NCBI GenBank assembly: GCA_013373265.1
Contig: JABXIC010000077.1
Location: 1 to 63,803, forward strand
DNA length: 63,803 nucleotides
Source: Methylocystaceae bacterium
Lineage (GTDB): Bacteria; Pseudomonadota; Alphaproteobacteria; Rhodospirillales; Terasakiellaceae
Direction of reading: 5' to 3'
Positions 29,326 to 38,743 of this stretch are shown here, one piece after another; the first letter of the stretch is position 1; every line of letters starts with the position of its first letter. Below the pieces are notes generated by a model. That model was not told the DNA's origin and ran no database searches. It saw only the letters and a list, made by a program, of their open reading frames with translations. The position numbers were made by a program, and so were the translations under genes.

Positions 29326-30432
29326 CTAGATAATACCTAAAACAATTAGGCAATTATCAGTTGCTTGATATTTGTTTGACCACTTATTTTGATGTTGAAT
29401 GTGCGCCGTTCTGTTTTCAGCTGAACTAAGTAAATTATGTATTAACTTTTCTGCCTCATGGGCATTTTTAATAAACGGTAATATACCACAACGCGTTAGT
29501 GATAGTTGAGGCTCGTGTTTGGCATTTAACTCTAAAGAAATTACAGCTTTTTCTGTTATTACAGCTTCAACCAACATTACTGAGGACATGCCGATCACGA
29601 CATCAGAAAGAGCTAGAATTTGAGGCGGACTATATTCATTTCCTACAATACGGGTATTTAAATTTGGCCATGCTTCCATACACCAAGAAAAATCAGATTT
29701 ATTGTTTTGTGGGTGGAGTTTAATAATCAGTCCCAAATTCGGTAAATTAATTTTTGATAGAATATCGCCCAATACCTTCACAGTGGATATTTCATCATAT
29801 CCCAAGGTGTTTCCAAAATCTTTTGCAAGAGCTTCAGAAACAAAAGTGACAATGATGTTTGAATTTGAAAGTTGTAAATCATTTAGATGGCTGATTGTTT
29901 GATTATCAGCACTTTTATTTTGCTCACGTAGCCAATCAAAAGAAGGCTGACCGGTTACGATAATACGTGACTCAGGAATACCTTGTTTGATCATCTCTGT
30001 TCTTGCTAATTCATCCATTACACAGATTCGATCTGGCAGATACGCTAAATGCTGTTCAGGCTTTTCACCACTGAAACGAATAGCATAATTTTGCCATTGA
30101 TCTAAAATTGCAGTGCTGAGTATATTTTGTTTTGAAGCCCACTGCCATAGATATCTTTCAGTCATATCTAGATGAGGTAAGCTAGCTGCGGATGTTAATA
30201 GATGGCTAGGATGGTTTTTGAAATGTTTTTGGCATAGTGATTCAAGTTCACTTTCGTTAAAGCTAAAAGCATTTGGATGTAATCCACGAGCTTTAAAGAT
30301 ATCCAGACCTTTGTCATCTGAGAGTAAGAGCAAAGGAATATTTAAATCCAATATCCTTTTACATACCGGAGCAATCGCAGCTGCCCCCCCCGCTTCGCGG
30401 GCAAACGCAAGGACCGAATTTCCCCTAGGCAT
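29326..30432 (-). CDS. Hypothetical GT-B-like protein (candidate ulosonate transferase); contains a G8 tract
   Basis: LDQWQNY, PDRICVMD, IIVTGQP, IKLHP and SDVVIGMSS motifs are reminiscent of GT-B/CDP-glycerol-transferase-like proteins. Confidence 0.55.
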   Translation of the reverse strand: MPRGNSVLAFAREAGGAAAIAPVCKRILDLNIPLLLLSDDKGLDIFKARGLHPNAFSFNESELESLCQKHFKNHPSHLLTSAASLPHLDMTERYLWQWASKQNILSTAILDQWQNYAIRFSGEKPEQHLAYLPDRICVMDELARTEMIKQGIPESRIIVTGQPSFDWLREQNKSADNQTISHLNDLQLSNSNIIVTFVSEALAKDFGNTLGYDEISTVKVLGDILSKINLPNLGLIIKLHPQNNKSDFSWCMEAWPNLNTRIVGNEYSPPQILALSDVVIGMSSVMLVEAVITEKAVISLELNAKHEPQLSLTRCGILPFIKNAHEAEKLIHNLLSSAENRTAHIQHQNKWSNKYQATDNCLIVLGII

Positions 30433-31183
30433 TTACATAAGCCGCTGATTGTTGTTCGCAATGACTATTGATGGCGGCCAGTTCAGGGTTTGCATCTAAA
30501 TAGGCAACAAGTTCTTTGGAGGTGAAATGCAAGTTATTGACACCCTCAAAATATTGATAGAGTTTTTGAGTAAGTTCCATGTCTTCAGGATAGTCAACTG
30601 TCAACCGAATTTCAGGACGGTTTAAAAAGCTTTTAGGAGCTGCTTCGAGGTTAAAAATTGGAAACCGTTCAGCGTTGTTCCATATGAAGCGTGGTGTGTC
30701 GTCACGCTCATTTTCTTCTTTGGCTTCCTTGGCAGAGGCTTCTAATGCATCAAATGTCATGATATGGGCATCGATACCTTCAGGATATGTCAGGGTCATG
30801 TCGTTGGCAGAATAAGCATATCCGCCAATCTGCAGTGCCGAAATGAGAACATCAATTAATTCAGGGTCATAGAAAGGACAATCAGCGCCCGACTGGACAA
30901 TGATATCAGCATTAAAATGTTTAGCGGCATCATAGACACGTCCAAGGACGTCTGTTTCACTACCTCGCCAATAAGCGATTGACTTTTCTTTGCAGAAATT
31001 AGCAATCGCATCATCATCTGATGATGTTGTCGTGGCTACAACGACTTGGTTTATAATTTCACTTAAAGATAATCGATCTACAACTCGTTCTAGAAGTGTT
31101 TTGCCGGCAACGTCCATTAAGGTTTTTTTTGGAAGCCGGCGAGCACCCATTCGAGCTTCGATTGTGGCGACTACTTTATTCAT
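30425..31183 (-). CDS. SpsF-like cytidylyltransferase
   Basis: IEARMGARRLPKK, VVATT, RGSETDVLGR, ADCPF, YPEG, RLTVDYPED. Confidence 0.88.
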   Translation of the reverse strand: MNKVVATIEARMGARRLPKKTLMDVAGKTLLERVVDRLSLSEIINQVVVATTTSSDDDAIANFCKEKSIAYWRGSETDVLGRVYDAAKHFNADIIVQSGADCPFYDPELIDVLISALQIGGYAYSANDMTLTYPEGIDAHIMTFDALEASAKEAKEENERDDTPRFIWNNAERFPIFNLEAAPKSFLNRPEIRLTVDYPEDMELTQKLYQYFEGVNNLHFTSKELVAYLDANPELAAINSHCEQQSAAYVNA

Positions 31184-31186
31184 GAG

Positions 31187-31814
31187 TTATGCTTTCTTTA
31201 AAACATAAAAGCTGAATCCACCTTCTTTAGGGCCATTCTTGAATTCTTCATCGCATAGCTCTTTGATCATAGGCAGAAGCCCCTGACACCATTTCTGTTT
31301 AATATTGAAACGATCGGTTCGTGACAAAGTATTAGCCATCTTAATCATATAAGGTGAAAATGGTCGTAGGCCAATATCCCAAATATTTAGGGTTTGACGT
31401 GAGAGATATAATGAAGATTCTTGAATGGTAAGCTCAGTTTCTATAATTTTATACCAAGAAATTGCGTCGTCAATATCCAAATCACCATATTTTCCATAGC
31501 GTTGAATTTCTTGTTGATCATATGCTTCTGCCCAGTTTACCCCATTTTTCCCGCTCATACATATATCTTTTAATGATTCACGTACATCTGGATCTTTTTC
31601 TACTAAAATAAACCCGATTGATCCAATCATTGAAAACACCATTATACAAGCACGACATTAATAATGGTCTCTGATCTGGTGATTGCCATGTAGATAAGAT
31701 CTTTGAAACATATGCTTTGGTCAAAAAACAACGAGATATTAATATACTTAGTCAATCAATCAAAACCGATGGATGTTTAATTAACGTGGATAGTTTTCTA
31801 ATTATCACTCGCAT
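31187..31814 (-). pseudogene. Decayed gene (nonsense codon plus frameshift); possibly a methyltransferase relic
   Basis: GAGGA RBS (31821-31825) and ATG at 31814 open MRVIIRKLSTLIKHPSVLID, then in-frame TGA at 31752-31754. The frame stays open to TGA at 31578-31580, while the 151-aa track ORF continues in another frame to 31187. Confidence 0.6.
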
Positions 31815-31836
31815 TTATATTCCTCAGAGATTGATC

Positions 31837-33504
31837 TTAAAAACAACCTTTTAACACAAATTTCAGCCAATGGAACCACCAGAATTTAGATCTTTGAGCA
31901 TATTCATTAATCCACTCTTTTCTAGCACTCTGTACTTCAGCACTATGCCACCACCCCTCAACATCTTCCCATATGACATTAATATGCTCTCCCAATTCTT
32001 TTGGTGTCTCAAACGCAATTCCCGCTTTTTTTAAACAAGTTAAAAAATATTTTTTATCATCCAGCAACGGCCATTCATTTTCATTCCAATATACTACAGT
32101 AGGTACATTCCACGCCAACGCTTGATGAAAAGATGTTGAAGCATGATCCAACACCAACAGGCGACACGCTAAGACACTATCATTAAAATCACCCTCATGA
32201 ACACTTATCTCTGGAAAATGTTCAACCAAGAGACTTTCATCCTTAAACGTCTGAGCAACTTTATAAGGTCGATAGAAAAGGTTTCGTCTAATATTAACAT
32301 GGATGTATTTTAGGATTTCCTTTTTATCTTCCAAATATTTTAATGGATGAGGGTACAAATCAAAGCGAGGATTAAAGCCATATGCGGCAGCTCCCACGAG
32401 AAGTATTGAATTATTGTTCCCTTGATGACAATGGCGGCTAAGCATTGGAATCGGTAATGGTTGAAACTGCCCTTCATATTCACTATGTTCTTTCCAACCC
32501 CAGGTAATAAAACCAGAAAGACTATATTCAACCTCTGCCAACAAACTAAAAGGAGATGCCCAACCGTAACAGCCTCCATGTTGAATGGAAACAACATGTT
32601 CTCCACTTAATAACGCATGTGCACTTTCTAAGTTCTCATTATCATCATGAAAATTGATAAATCCCAGTCTTAATGCGCCCGTACGTCGAGGTCTATTGCG
32701 AATAAGAGTATCATTCTCAATAAATTTTTCCGTAAATGATTGTGGAAGAAAGTGGATTATAAGTTTATTAAGGACCGTCAAATATGTTTCTGGAAAAGAA
32801 AAATCCGGTTGCGCTACTGGCTGTATGAAATCAGTTTTTTTAATGGGACGTTTGCGCCAGTTTAATAATGTGATGAGTGCTTTAAAGATTTTATCACTTG
32901 TATGATTAAGTCCAGGTACAAAATGCAGAAAAGGTCTCTTTGATGGGACTCTTGAGGGATGGGGTCTTATTTCCTCTGAATATTCAGTTTTATAAAGTGA
33001 CCAATTTTTAGGGGCGAGTTCTGTAATTATTTCTGATAAAAAAAACCAAAGTATCACATTTTTTTCAAATAAATTAACTACAAATTCTTCCGTATTTTGA
33101 ATTGGTTTAAGGTTTTCGATATCAGTTATTATAACGTCAAATTCGTCATTTCCATGTTTGGCAATGAGTTGTTCTATAATATTATATAACTTCCATGAAC
33201 CTTGAACCAAATGCAGCATCCAGTTAATCAATAAACGGTGCCAAAATTCCAATGGGTAATCTAGACCATGAAGCTCATTTAATATTGTTGCTTGTTTTTT
33301 AATCTGTTGATGTGCAAGCCAACGTGTTGCTTCACCATGTGTCTGTCTTAATTTTACATCATCAAAAGAAGTGCAGAATTCATAACTACGCCACTCAGGC
33401 CAAATTTCTTCTTTACCAGAAAAACACCATGGCCCCGCTGCGACATCAGAATCAGAATTAAAATCATCACTGATCGTATTTAGGTATAAACGTTTTTTAG
33501 TCAT
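31837..33504 (-). CDS. Putative transferase, LIC12162 (TIGR04331)-like
   Basis: GPWCF, FWHRLLINW, QHGGCYG, FITWGW, FYRPY, W+D++GWW pattern; family recalled from Leptospira rfb-locus proteins. Confidence 0.7.
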   Translation of the reverse strand: MTKKRLYLNTISDDFNSDSDVAAGPWCFSGKEEIWPEWRSYEFCTSFDDVKLRQTHGEATRWLAHQQIKKQATILNELHGLDYPLEFWHRLLINWMLHLVQGSWKLYNIIEQLIAKHGNDEFDVIITDIENLKPIQNTEEFVVNLFEKNVILWFFLSEIITELAPKNWSLYKTEYSEEIRPHPSRVPSKRPFLHFVPGLNHTSDKIFKALITLLNWRKRPIKKTDFIQPVAQPDFSFPETYLTVLNKLIIHFLPQSFTEKFIENDTLIRNRPRRTGALRLGFINFHDDNENLESAHALLSGEHVVSIQHGGCYGWASPFSLLAEVEYSLSGFITWGWKEHSEYEGQFQPLPIPMLSRHCHQGNNNSILLVGAAAYGFNPRFDLYPHPLKYLEDKKEILKYIHVNIRRNLFYRPYKVAQTFKDESLLVEHFPEISVHEGDFNDSVLACRLLVLDHASTSFHQALAWNVPTVVYWNENEWPLLDDKKYFLTCLKKAGIAFETPKELGEHINVIWEDVEGWWHSAEVQSARKEWINEYAQRSKFWWFHWLKFVLKGCF

Positions 33505-34241
33505 TTTCGTTTAAACTCAAAAGCTGTATAGCGTGGATGACCCGTTTCATCTTTAAGAGGAGTAATGGAAATAAGCTCCATACGATCATCAACAAGTTTC
33601 TCATAATAATGCATATGTCCGTAATTCCATGCCAGGATGCCAAGTTTACGAAAAAAGGACATGGGTCGATGATCAACCTCGACTAATAACATTCTATGAT
33701 TACAAGCTCGGGTCATTTCTGAAATGGCATTTTCTACAATGCTGAAATCAATATGAGTTAGCGATACAACGGTATAGACGACATCGAACTGACGATTTTT
33801 TAAAGGTAGTTGTGTTGCGTTTGCGGTTATCAAAGGGATGTTTTTGAGGTTAGGAATATTTTTTTGACCGTACCGTAAATTCGTTTCACCTATGTCAAGA
33901 CCATGAAATTTTTTATCTGGAAGTATCTTAGAGAATTTGGCAAGTCGATACCCGAAATGGCAACCGATTTCTAAGTAAGTTTGACCGTCCGAATTTTTAA
34001 GTTTTTCATAAATAAACTCATCGAATTTTTGGTAATAAGGGTCATTATCAACATTTTTAATATCTAAAAAATCTTGCTCAGTACGGTTTTCCCAAAGGGT
34101 TTGTTGATCTTGCACAACGGCATATTTTTCATGGCGAAAATAGAAATAGAAAATTGACAAGCACAAGTGCTTCCAAGCAGAAATTTTTGCTCGAAAAGGA
34201 TTTAACACACAACGTAAAACGGATTTTAAAAATCGGGTCAA
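33501..34241 (-). CDS. Class I SAM-dependent methyltransferase
   Basis: YLEIGCHFG, GLDIG, NATQLP..FDVVYT..LTHI. Confidence 0.88.
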   Translation of the reverse strand: MTRFLKSVLRCVLNPFRAKISAWKHLCLSIFYFYFRHEKYAVVQDQQTLWENRTEQDFLDIKNVDNDPYYQKFDEFIYEKLKNSDGQTYLEIGCHFGYRLAKFSKILPDKKFHGLDIGETNLRYGQKNIPNLKNIPLITANATQLPLKNRQFDVVYTVVSLTHIDFSIVENAISEMTRACNHRMLLVEVDHRPMSFFRKLGILAWNYGHMHYYEKLVDDRMELISITPLKDETGHPRYTAFEFKRK

Positions 34242-35272
34242 GGTTTGATCCGATCATTAAGGAAAGTTATATGATAATATGGGACTAAATGCCCACCAAA
34301 GCTAAGCTTGAAATGGCCCCTTAACGGGCTATTCACACCCTCCATATCAACACTGGGAAGGCCGCGCTCAGCAAGATCAAGGAAAGCCTGCCATAGGATC
34401 ATTGTACCGGTGTGATCATCTCTACAGGTAGGGTCATTTGCACCATATAGATAATAAGCGCGTTTATTATCCCATGCAAAAACCGCTGCGCTACCTAGGC
34501 GTCCATCTGCAGTATAGCTAAAATACATAACGCCAATACCAGCATTAAGAATGGCAAACATTACAGTGCGTAACGTCTCTTCCATTAATCCGATAGCATT
34601 TTCGTCTTGACGATCAAATGTAAGTTTATAGAGTTCAAGAAAACGTTCAACGTCTGTTGAAAGTTCTGTAATAACTCCTTTTTTAATACCATATTTAATT
34701 TGTTGGCGGCGAGATTGGCTCGCAGAAATGTATATGGGATTTTTTTCGAGTGGACCGTTTGGATCTATAAGGCTGAGATCGTGATAGCTTGTATAGCGCA
34801 GATCATGCTGCCATTTTGGATTGTCATTGCCATAATTGTACCACAGAAACGGTCTTAAATCTTCGATGTTTGGTGACAAATTTATGAATACAGTCTCATA
34901 AAGTCTTTGTAATTCGTCTGCCAGAAAAGCTGATATTCTAAAATGTTCAGACATCGTTTGTGCGACATTTTGATTTGGGCGATCTTTTTTAAATAAAATA
35001 CCGCCATAAATGATGAGATCATCTTCAACAGCTTGGGAGCCATCGGGGCTCTCGACAACACAGACTGCAGCGACAATTTCACCTTTTTTCTTACAATACC
35101 AAGTACCTGGCTTGTTATGCATCAAACATGAAAGAAAAATAGAGGTAGAAAACAGCGTACCTTGAGGACTGTTATGAACAAAATTATCCCAACGTTCATC
35201 AATATCCGCGCGAACAAGGCTGTATCCACTAAGGTCTAGAAAACCTTCTTTATAGAATAATTGACTAGACAT
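34238..35272 (-). CDS. FemAB-like double-GNAT acyltransferase
   Basis: WDNFVHNSPQGTLFS, YGGIL, RRQQIK, AYYLYGA, DMEGVNSP, FKLSFGG. Confidence 0.8.
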   Translation of the reverse strand: MSSQLFYKEGFLDLSGYSLVRADIDERWDNFVHNSPQGTLFSTSIFLSCLMHNKPGTWYCKKKGEIVAAVCVVESPDGSQAVEDDLIIYGGILFKKDRPNQNVAQTMSEHFRISAFLADELQRLYETVFINLSPNIEDLRPFLWYNYGNDNPKWQHDLRYTSYHDLSLIDPNGPLEKNPIYISASQSRRQQIKYGIKKGVITELSTDVERFLELYKLTFDRQDENAIGLMEETLRTVMFAILNAGIGVMYFSYTADGRLGSAAVFAWDNKRAYYLYGANDPTCRDDHTGTMILWQAFLDLAERGLPSVDMEGVNSPLRGHFKLSFGGHLVPYYHITFLNDRIKP

Positions 35273-35277
35273 TTTAA

Positions 35278-36351
35278 TTATAAGCCGATTTTTTGTGTTC
35301 TATTGATATATTGTTCCAAGATGACTTCTTCACCACCAATTATTAATGTTTCTGGTTCGGTTCTACGTGGTAAATAACATTTACGGCAAGGTTCAATCTC
35401 TAAATGTCCGCGATGATTTTTGTGGAGTTCACGTGCTTCTTGGATACGTGGTCCATGCCAGATTTCATGGATTGTCTGGAATTGAGCATTTCCGATTACA
35501 AATTCTTCTATTTCATCATTGGCACATAACATAACATTTCCATCTGCACCGATCGTGAGACGTTGATAGAGTTGTGGACAAGAGAAATCTTCATGGTATA
35601 AAATTTGATCATCATCATCCAGACGAAGGTAGTCAATCAATGGGTTACTTGCTACTTCGTCGCAAAGTGGGGCAAATGTATTATAAAAAACATCGGGATC
35701 TTCCATAATAGCAGGGTAGATTGTCTGAATTTTAATGACAGGTTTAATCTTGTCAGCCTCTTCTTTAATTTTTTTGAAATTGGCCAGTTTCTCTAATAAA
35801 CGATCAAATTTTGCAGGTTTGCGGATTTTTTCGTATACATCTGCCATCCCATCAACAGAGATCGTAATCCAATCCATTCCCATGTTCATGATTTCAGTGA
35901 ACTGTTTTTCATCCATTTTATGGGCATTGGTTAATGAGGAAACTTCCTTAATACCTTTCTTTTTTGCATAATCAATACAATCAAGAACCCGTTTATGTAA
36001 AAAAGATTCACCTCTTAAACTGAGGCGTATGGAATAGACGCCACCCTCGGCACATTCATCTACAATTTTTGTAAACAGATCATAATCCATTAGTTTCGCA
36101 TTGACCTGTTCTTTAAAATGATCCGTAATTGTATAGCACATAGGGCACTTTAAATTACAGACTGATGCCAATTCAACATCTACATGCAGAGGGTAATCGG
36201 CAATGTGCTTTTGTTTGGGAAATTCTGCCCATTGACGGCGATTTTCTTGATAGGCTTCTTCAACTCCATAACCACGACGGCGTTCGAACTCTGCTTCACG
36301 TTCAGCAGGTTCCAGAATCGTTTGGCCTTTATTAATCGGGGTATAGCTCAT
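35278..36351 (-). CDS. Radical SAM protein with SPASM/twitch domain
   Basis: CNLKCPMC, LSLRGESFL, and C-terminal CPQLY...ADGNVMLC...CRKC. Confidence 0.9.
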   Translation of the reverse strand: MSYTPINKGQTILEPAEREAEFERRRGYGVEEAYQENRRQWAEFPKQKHIADYPLHVDVELASVCNLKCPMCYTITDHFKEQVNAKLMDYDLFTKIVDECAEGGVYSIRLSLRGESFLHKRVLDCIDYAKKKGIKEVSSLTNAHKMDEKQFTEIMNMGMDWITISVDGMADVYEKIRKPAKFDRLLEKLANFKKIKEEADKIKPVIKIQTIYPAIMEDPDVFYNTFAPLCDEVASNPLIDYLRLDDDDQILYHEDFSCPQLYQRLTIGADGNVMLCANDEIEEFVIGNAQFQTIHEIWHGPRIQEARELHKNHRGHLEIEPCRKCYLPRRTEPETLIIGGEEVILEQYINRTQKIGL

Positions 36352-36372
36352 CTTATTATTTGTCCGTCTAAT

Positions 36373-37689
36373 TTATTCTATAAGTTCCAACAGGCCTTCT
36401 TCAACTAAGCGATCTGCTAAATGAGAAATGTCTTCAAAAGGGTAGCCTGAACGTTCTGCCATATCAATTAAGTCGTGTTTTCCATCTGCAAGAAACATCA
36501 TCCAGCAAATGATATCCACTTGATTATTTATGTCAGAATTCACTGCCCCCGCAGCGATTTGTTTTTGCCCACCGCCTGTAGAGGGATATAGATTTCTTTT
36601 ACCTAACTGTGGTTCACACTTGGGATTTAAGCTACGATATACTCTATTTTTCTCCAAAACAGCAATAGCTTTCATATAATATTCTGCTGTCAGAGCCAGA
36701 TTTTCACCTGTAACGAAAGCTTTGTTGTCTAAAGATGTGTGATAATAGGGATATTCGTAATATTTATCTTTACTGATTGTTGTAACCGGAATTCTGAAGC
36801 CTGGTGACGAATATTGGCGTTCATCTGATCCATCTGGTACAAATGGATATGATATTAAATCAGTGTTCGCATCACGAAAAATAAGTCGAACAGCGCGGTC
36901 CAGCTCATGATTACCTTGGAATGTTTCTTTGTGTCCATATCCCCCTGGGCCACCACAGGTAGTAACTACAAATCCACCTTGCAACTTTTGCATTTCCGTT
37001 TCATTTTCTGAAAGATATGTAATTGCACCAATGGTTTCTGGTAAGACAACAAAGCGATAACTGTGGTAATGTCCACGTTCTTTCAGTTTTTTGTATAGTA
37101 AAGTGGAGACAATTGGGCCGGATAAGTTGTCATTAGCCATTGAGGGATGACAACAGTAGGTAGAGATTAGGTATTCTTTTCCTGATGTTCCTTCAAGGAG
37201 GCTGTCCCCGAGTGTCAAATGGCCGTTTTTAATTTCTGAATCAATAACAACATCATAGAATTGATTTTTATCCAAACCATCTAGTTGTTTTTGACTTAGG
37301 CAAAAAGCCCAGTCCTCTTTGAAATATGAGGTCCGATAGGGAATTGCATCCGGGATTTCAGGTAAAGTTTGTAGATGTGGGCGCAATTCATCAAAAGACA
37401 TACGGGCATTGACAGGGGTGCTGTAACTCATCACATGCAGATTGTTTTCTCGAAAATCGATAACTCTTTTTCCTGAGTGATCTGCAATGTAGGCATCATT
37501 GATATTCCATTCTTTCGGTATTACCCAATCATAAACATGCTTCCCACTTGGAATTTCGTGGATGTTTAAGTTCATTGTCCGACTTAAAATATTGAGAGTC
37601 TGGCGAACACCATTCCCTGTAATTGAGCGACAAATAGGAAAAAGTTCATCAAGCAAATCAGAAGCAAAATTGGCTTCAGTAGCAATCAC
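36373..37689 (-). CDS. DUF4910-type aminopeptidase-like (M28 fold) protein with C-terminal winged helix
   Basis: LFPICRSITGNGVRQTL, NNLHV, IPYRTSYF, CHPSMANDNLSG, PETIG, GSDERQY, YHTSLDN, EPQLGKRNLY. Confidence 0.85.
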   Translation of the reverse strand: MIATEANFASDLLDELFPICRSITGNGVRQTLNILSRTMNLNIHEIPSGKHVYDWVIPKEWNINDAYIADHSGKRVIDFRENNLHVMSYSTPVNARMSFDELRPHLQTLPEIPDAIPYRTSYFKEDWAFCLSQKQLDGLDKNQFYDVVIDSEIKNGHLTLGDSLLEGTSGKEYLISTYCCHPSMANDNLSGPIVSTLLYKKLKERGHYHSYRFVVLPETIGAITYLSENETEMQKLQGGFVVTTCGGPGGYGHKETFQGNHELDRAVRLIFRDANTDLISYPFVPDGSDERQYSSPGFRIPVTTISKDKYYEYPYYHTSLDNKAFVTGENLALTAEYYMKAIAVLEKNRVYRSLNPKCEPQLGKRNLYPSTGGGQKQIAAGAVNSDINNQVDIICWMMFLADGKHDLIDMAERSGYPFEDISHLADRLVEEGLLELIE

Positions 37690-38741
37690 GCTAAATCCTC
37701 CCAGCGTAAAATGTTATCAGCATCCAAGTTCTTATTGATTTGACGTCCAATGACTTCATCCCAATGAAGGGGGCTGATGCCATGAGCGGGGCGCTTATAG
37801 GTTAAATCAGCTTCTACAAGTTGGTGGCCTTTTTTAAGAGGACGATCAATAACAATGCTGCGTCTTGCATGAAGACGTGCAGGAGCTTCTTCTTCTAATG
37901 GTTTTTTGATTGTGTTGCCTAGCGTTTCCATGAGTATGTTTACGTTTTCTTGGAAACGTTTTAGGTCATGAACATCCATGGCGTGGTAGTGATCATTCCC
38001 TGAGAGCGTTTTGTCATGTGTAAAGTGCTTTTCAAGTACTAGGGCACCCTTTAACCAGGCTGCACTGAGAACCCGCATCGCATCGTCAGGTACGGTATGA
38101 TCAGAGTAGCCGATTGTAAGGTCTGGGTGGGCGCGTTGCAGACTCTCGATCATGTTTAAATGGGCATGTCGATTTAAACATGGATAATTCAGAACACAAT
38201 GAAGAAGAACTAATTCTGAGCAACCAGCTTTGTTAAGTGTGTCCCTAGCTGTATCAATCTCACCTAATGTAGATGCACCTGTAGAGAGTAGTACAGGTTT
38301 TCCTTTTTTTGCAATTTGGCGAAGCAAAGGAATATTCGTTATATCGGCAGAAGCTACTTTGTGAAAAGAAACTAAGGGGTCAATAAAATCAATTGCATCT
38401 GCATCAAAAGGGGTTGATAAAAAGTCAATTTCGATATCCTGACAGTGTCGGGCTAAAGAAATATATTCGTCAGGACCAAACATATCGTATTTTTGAAAGA
38501 GTTTGTATTGGCTTTCAGTTGGTTCTTTGCTTGTATCCCAATAAGCAGGACTATTTTTTGAGGTGATACGACTTGCCTTGTAGGTTTGGAATTTTGCCGC
38601 ATCCGCACCACCTTCTTTACATAAATCAATCAGGTGTCTCGCCTGATCTAACGAACCTTCATGGTTCACACCGATTTCTGCAATTAGATAGGGGCGATGT
38701 TGGGGTGAAATTTCACGTTCCCCAAGAATTAAAGGTGTCAT
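37686..38741 (-). CDS. neuB: Second nonulosonate synthase (NeuB/SpsE family)
   Basis: LIAEIGVNHEG, AAKFQTY, LSTPFD, KVASAD, LHCVLNYP, GYSDHT, LEKHFT, GNDHYHAMD, KRPAHGISP. Confidence 0.9.
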   Translation of the reverse strand: MTPLILGEREISPQHRPYLIAEIGVNHEGSLDQARHLIDLCKEGGADAAKFQTYKASRITSKNSPAYWDTSKEPTESQYKLFQKYDMFGPDEYISLARHCQDIEIDFLSTPFDADAIDFIDPLVSFHKVASADITNIPLLRQIAKKGKPVLLSTGASTLGEIDTARDTLNKAGCSELVLLHCVLNYPCLNRHAHLNMIESLQRAHPDLTIGYSDHTVPDDAMRVLSAAWLKGALVLEKHFTHDKTLSGNDHYHAMDVHDLKRFQENVNILMETLGNTIKKPLEEEAPARLHARRSIVIDRPLKKGHQLVEADLTYKRPAHGISPLHWDEVIGRQINKNLDADNILRWEDLA

Positions 38742-38743
38742 TT

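Noticed and set aside
2424-36351. SPASM radical SAMs as classical peptide (RiPP) maturases
   Set aside because: Only four auxiliary Cys, no evident RRE domain, no peptidase-containing transporter, and a purely sugar-pathway context. The 71-aa ORF is kept only as a speculative finding.
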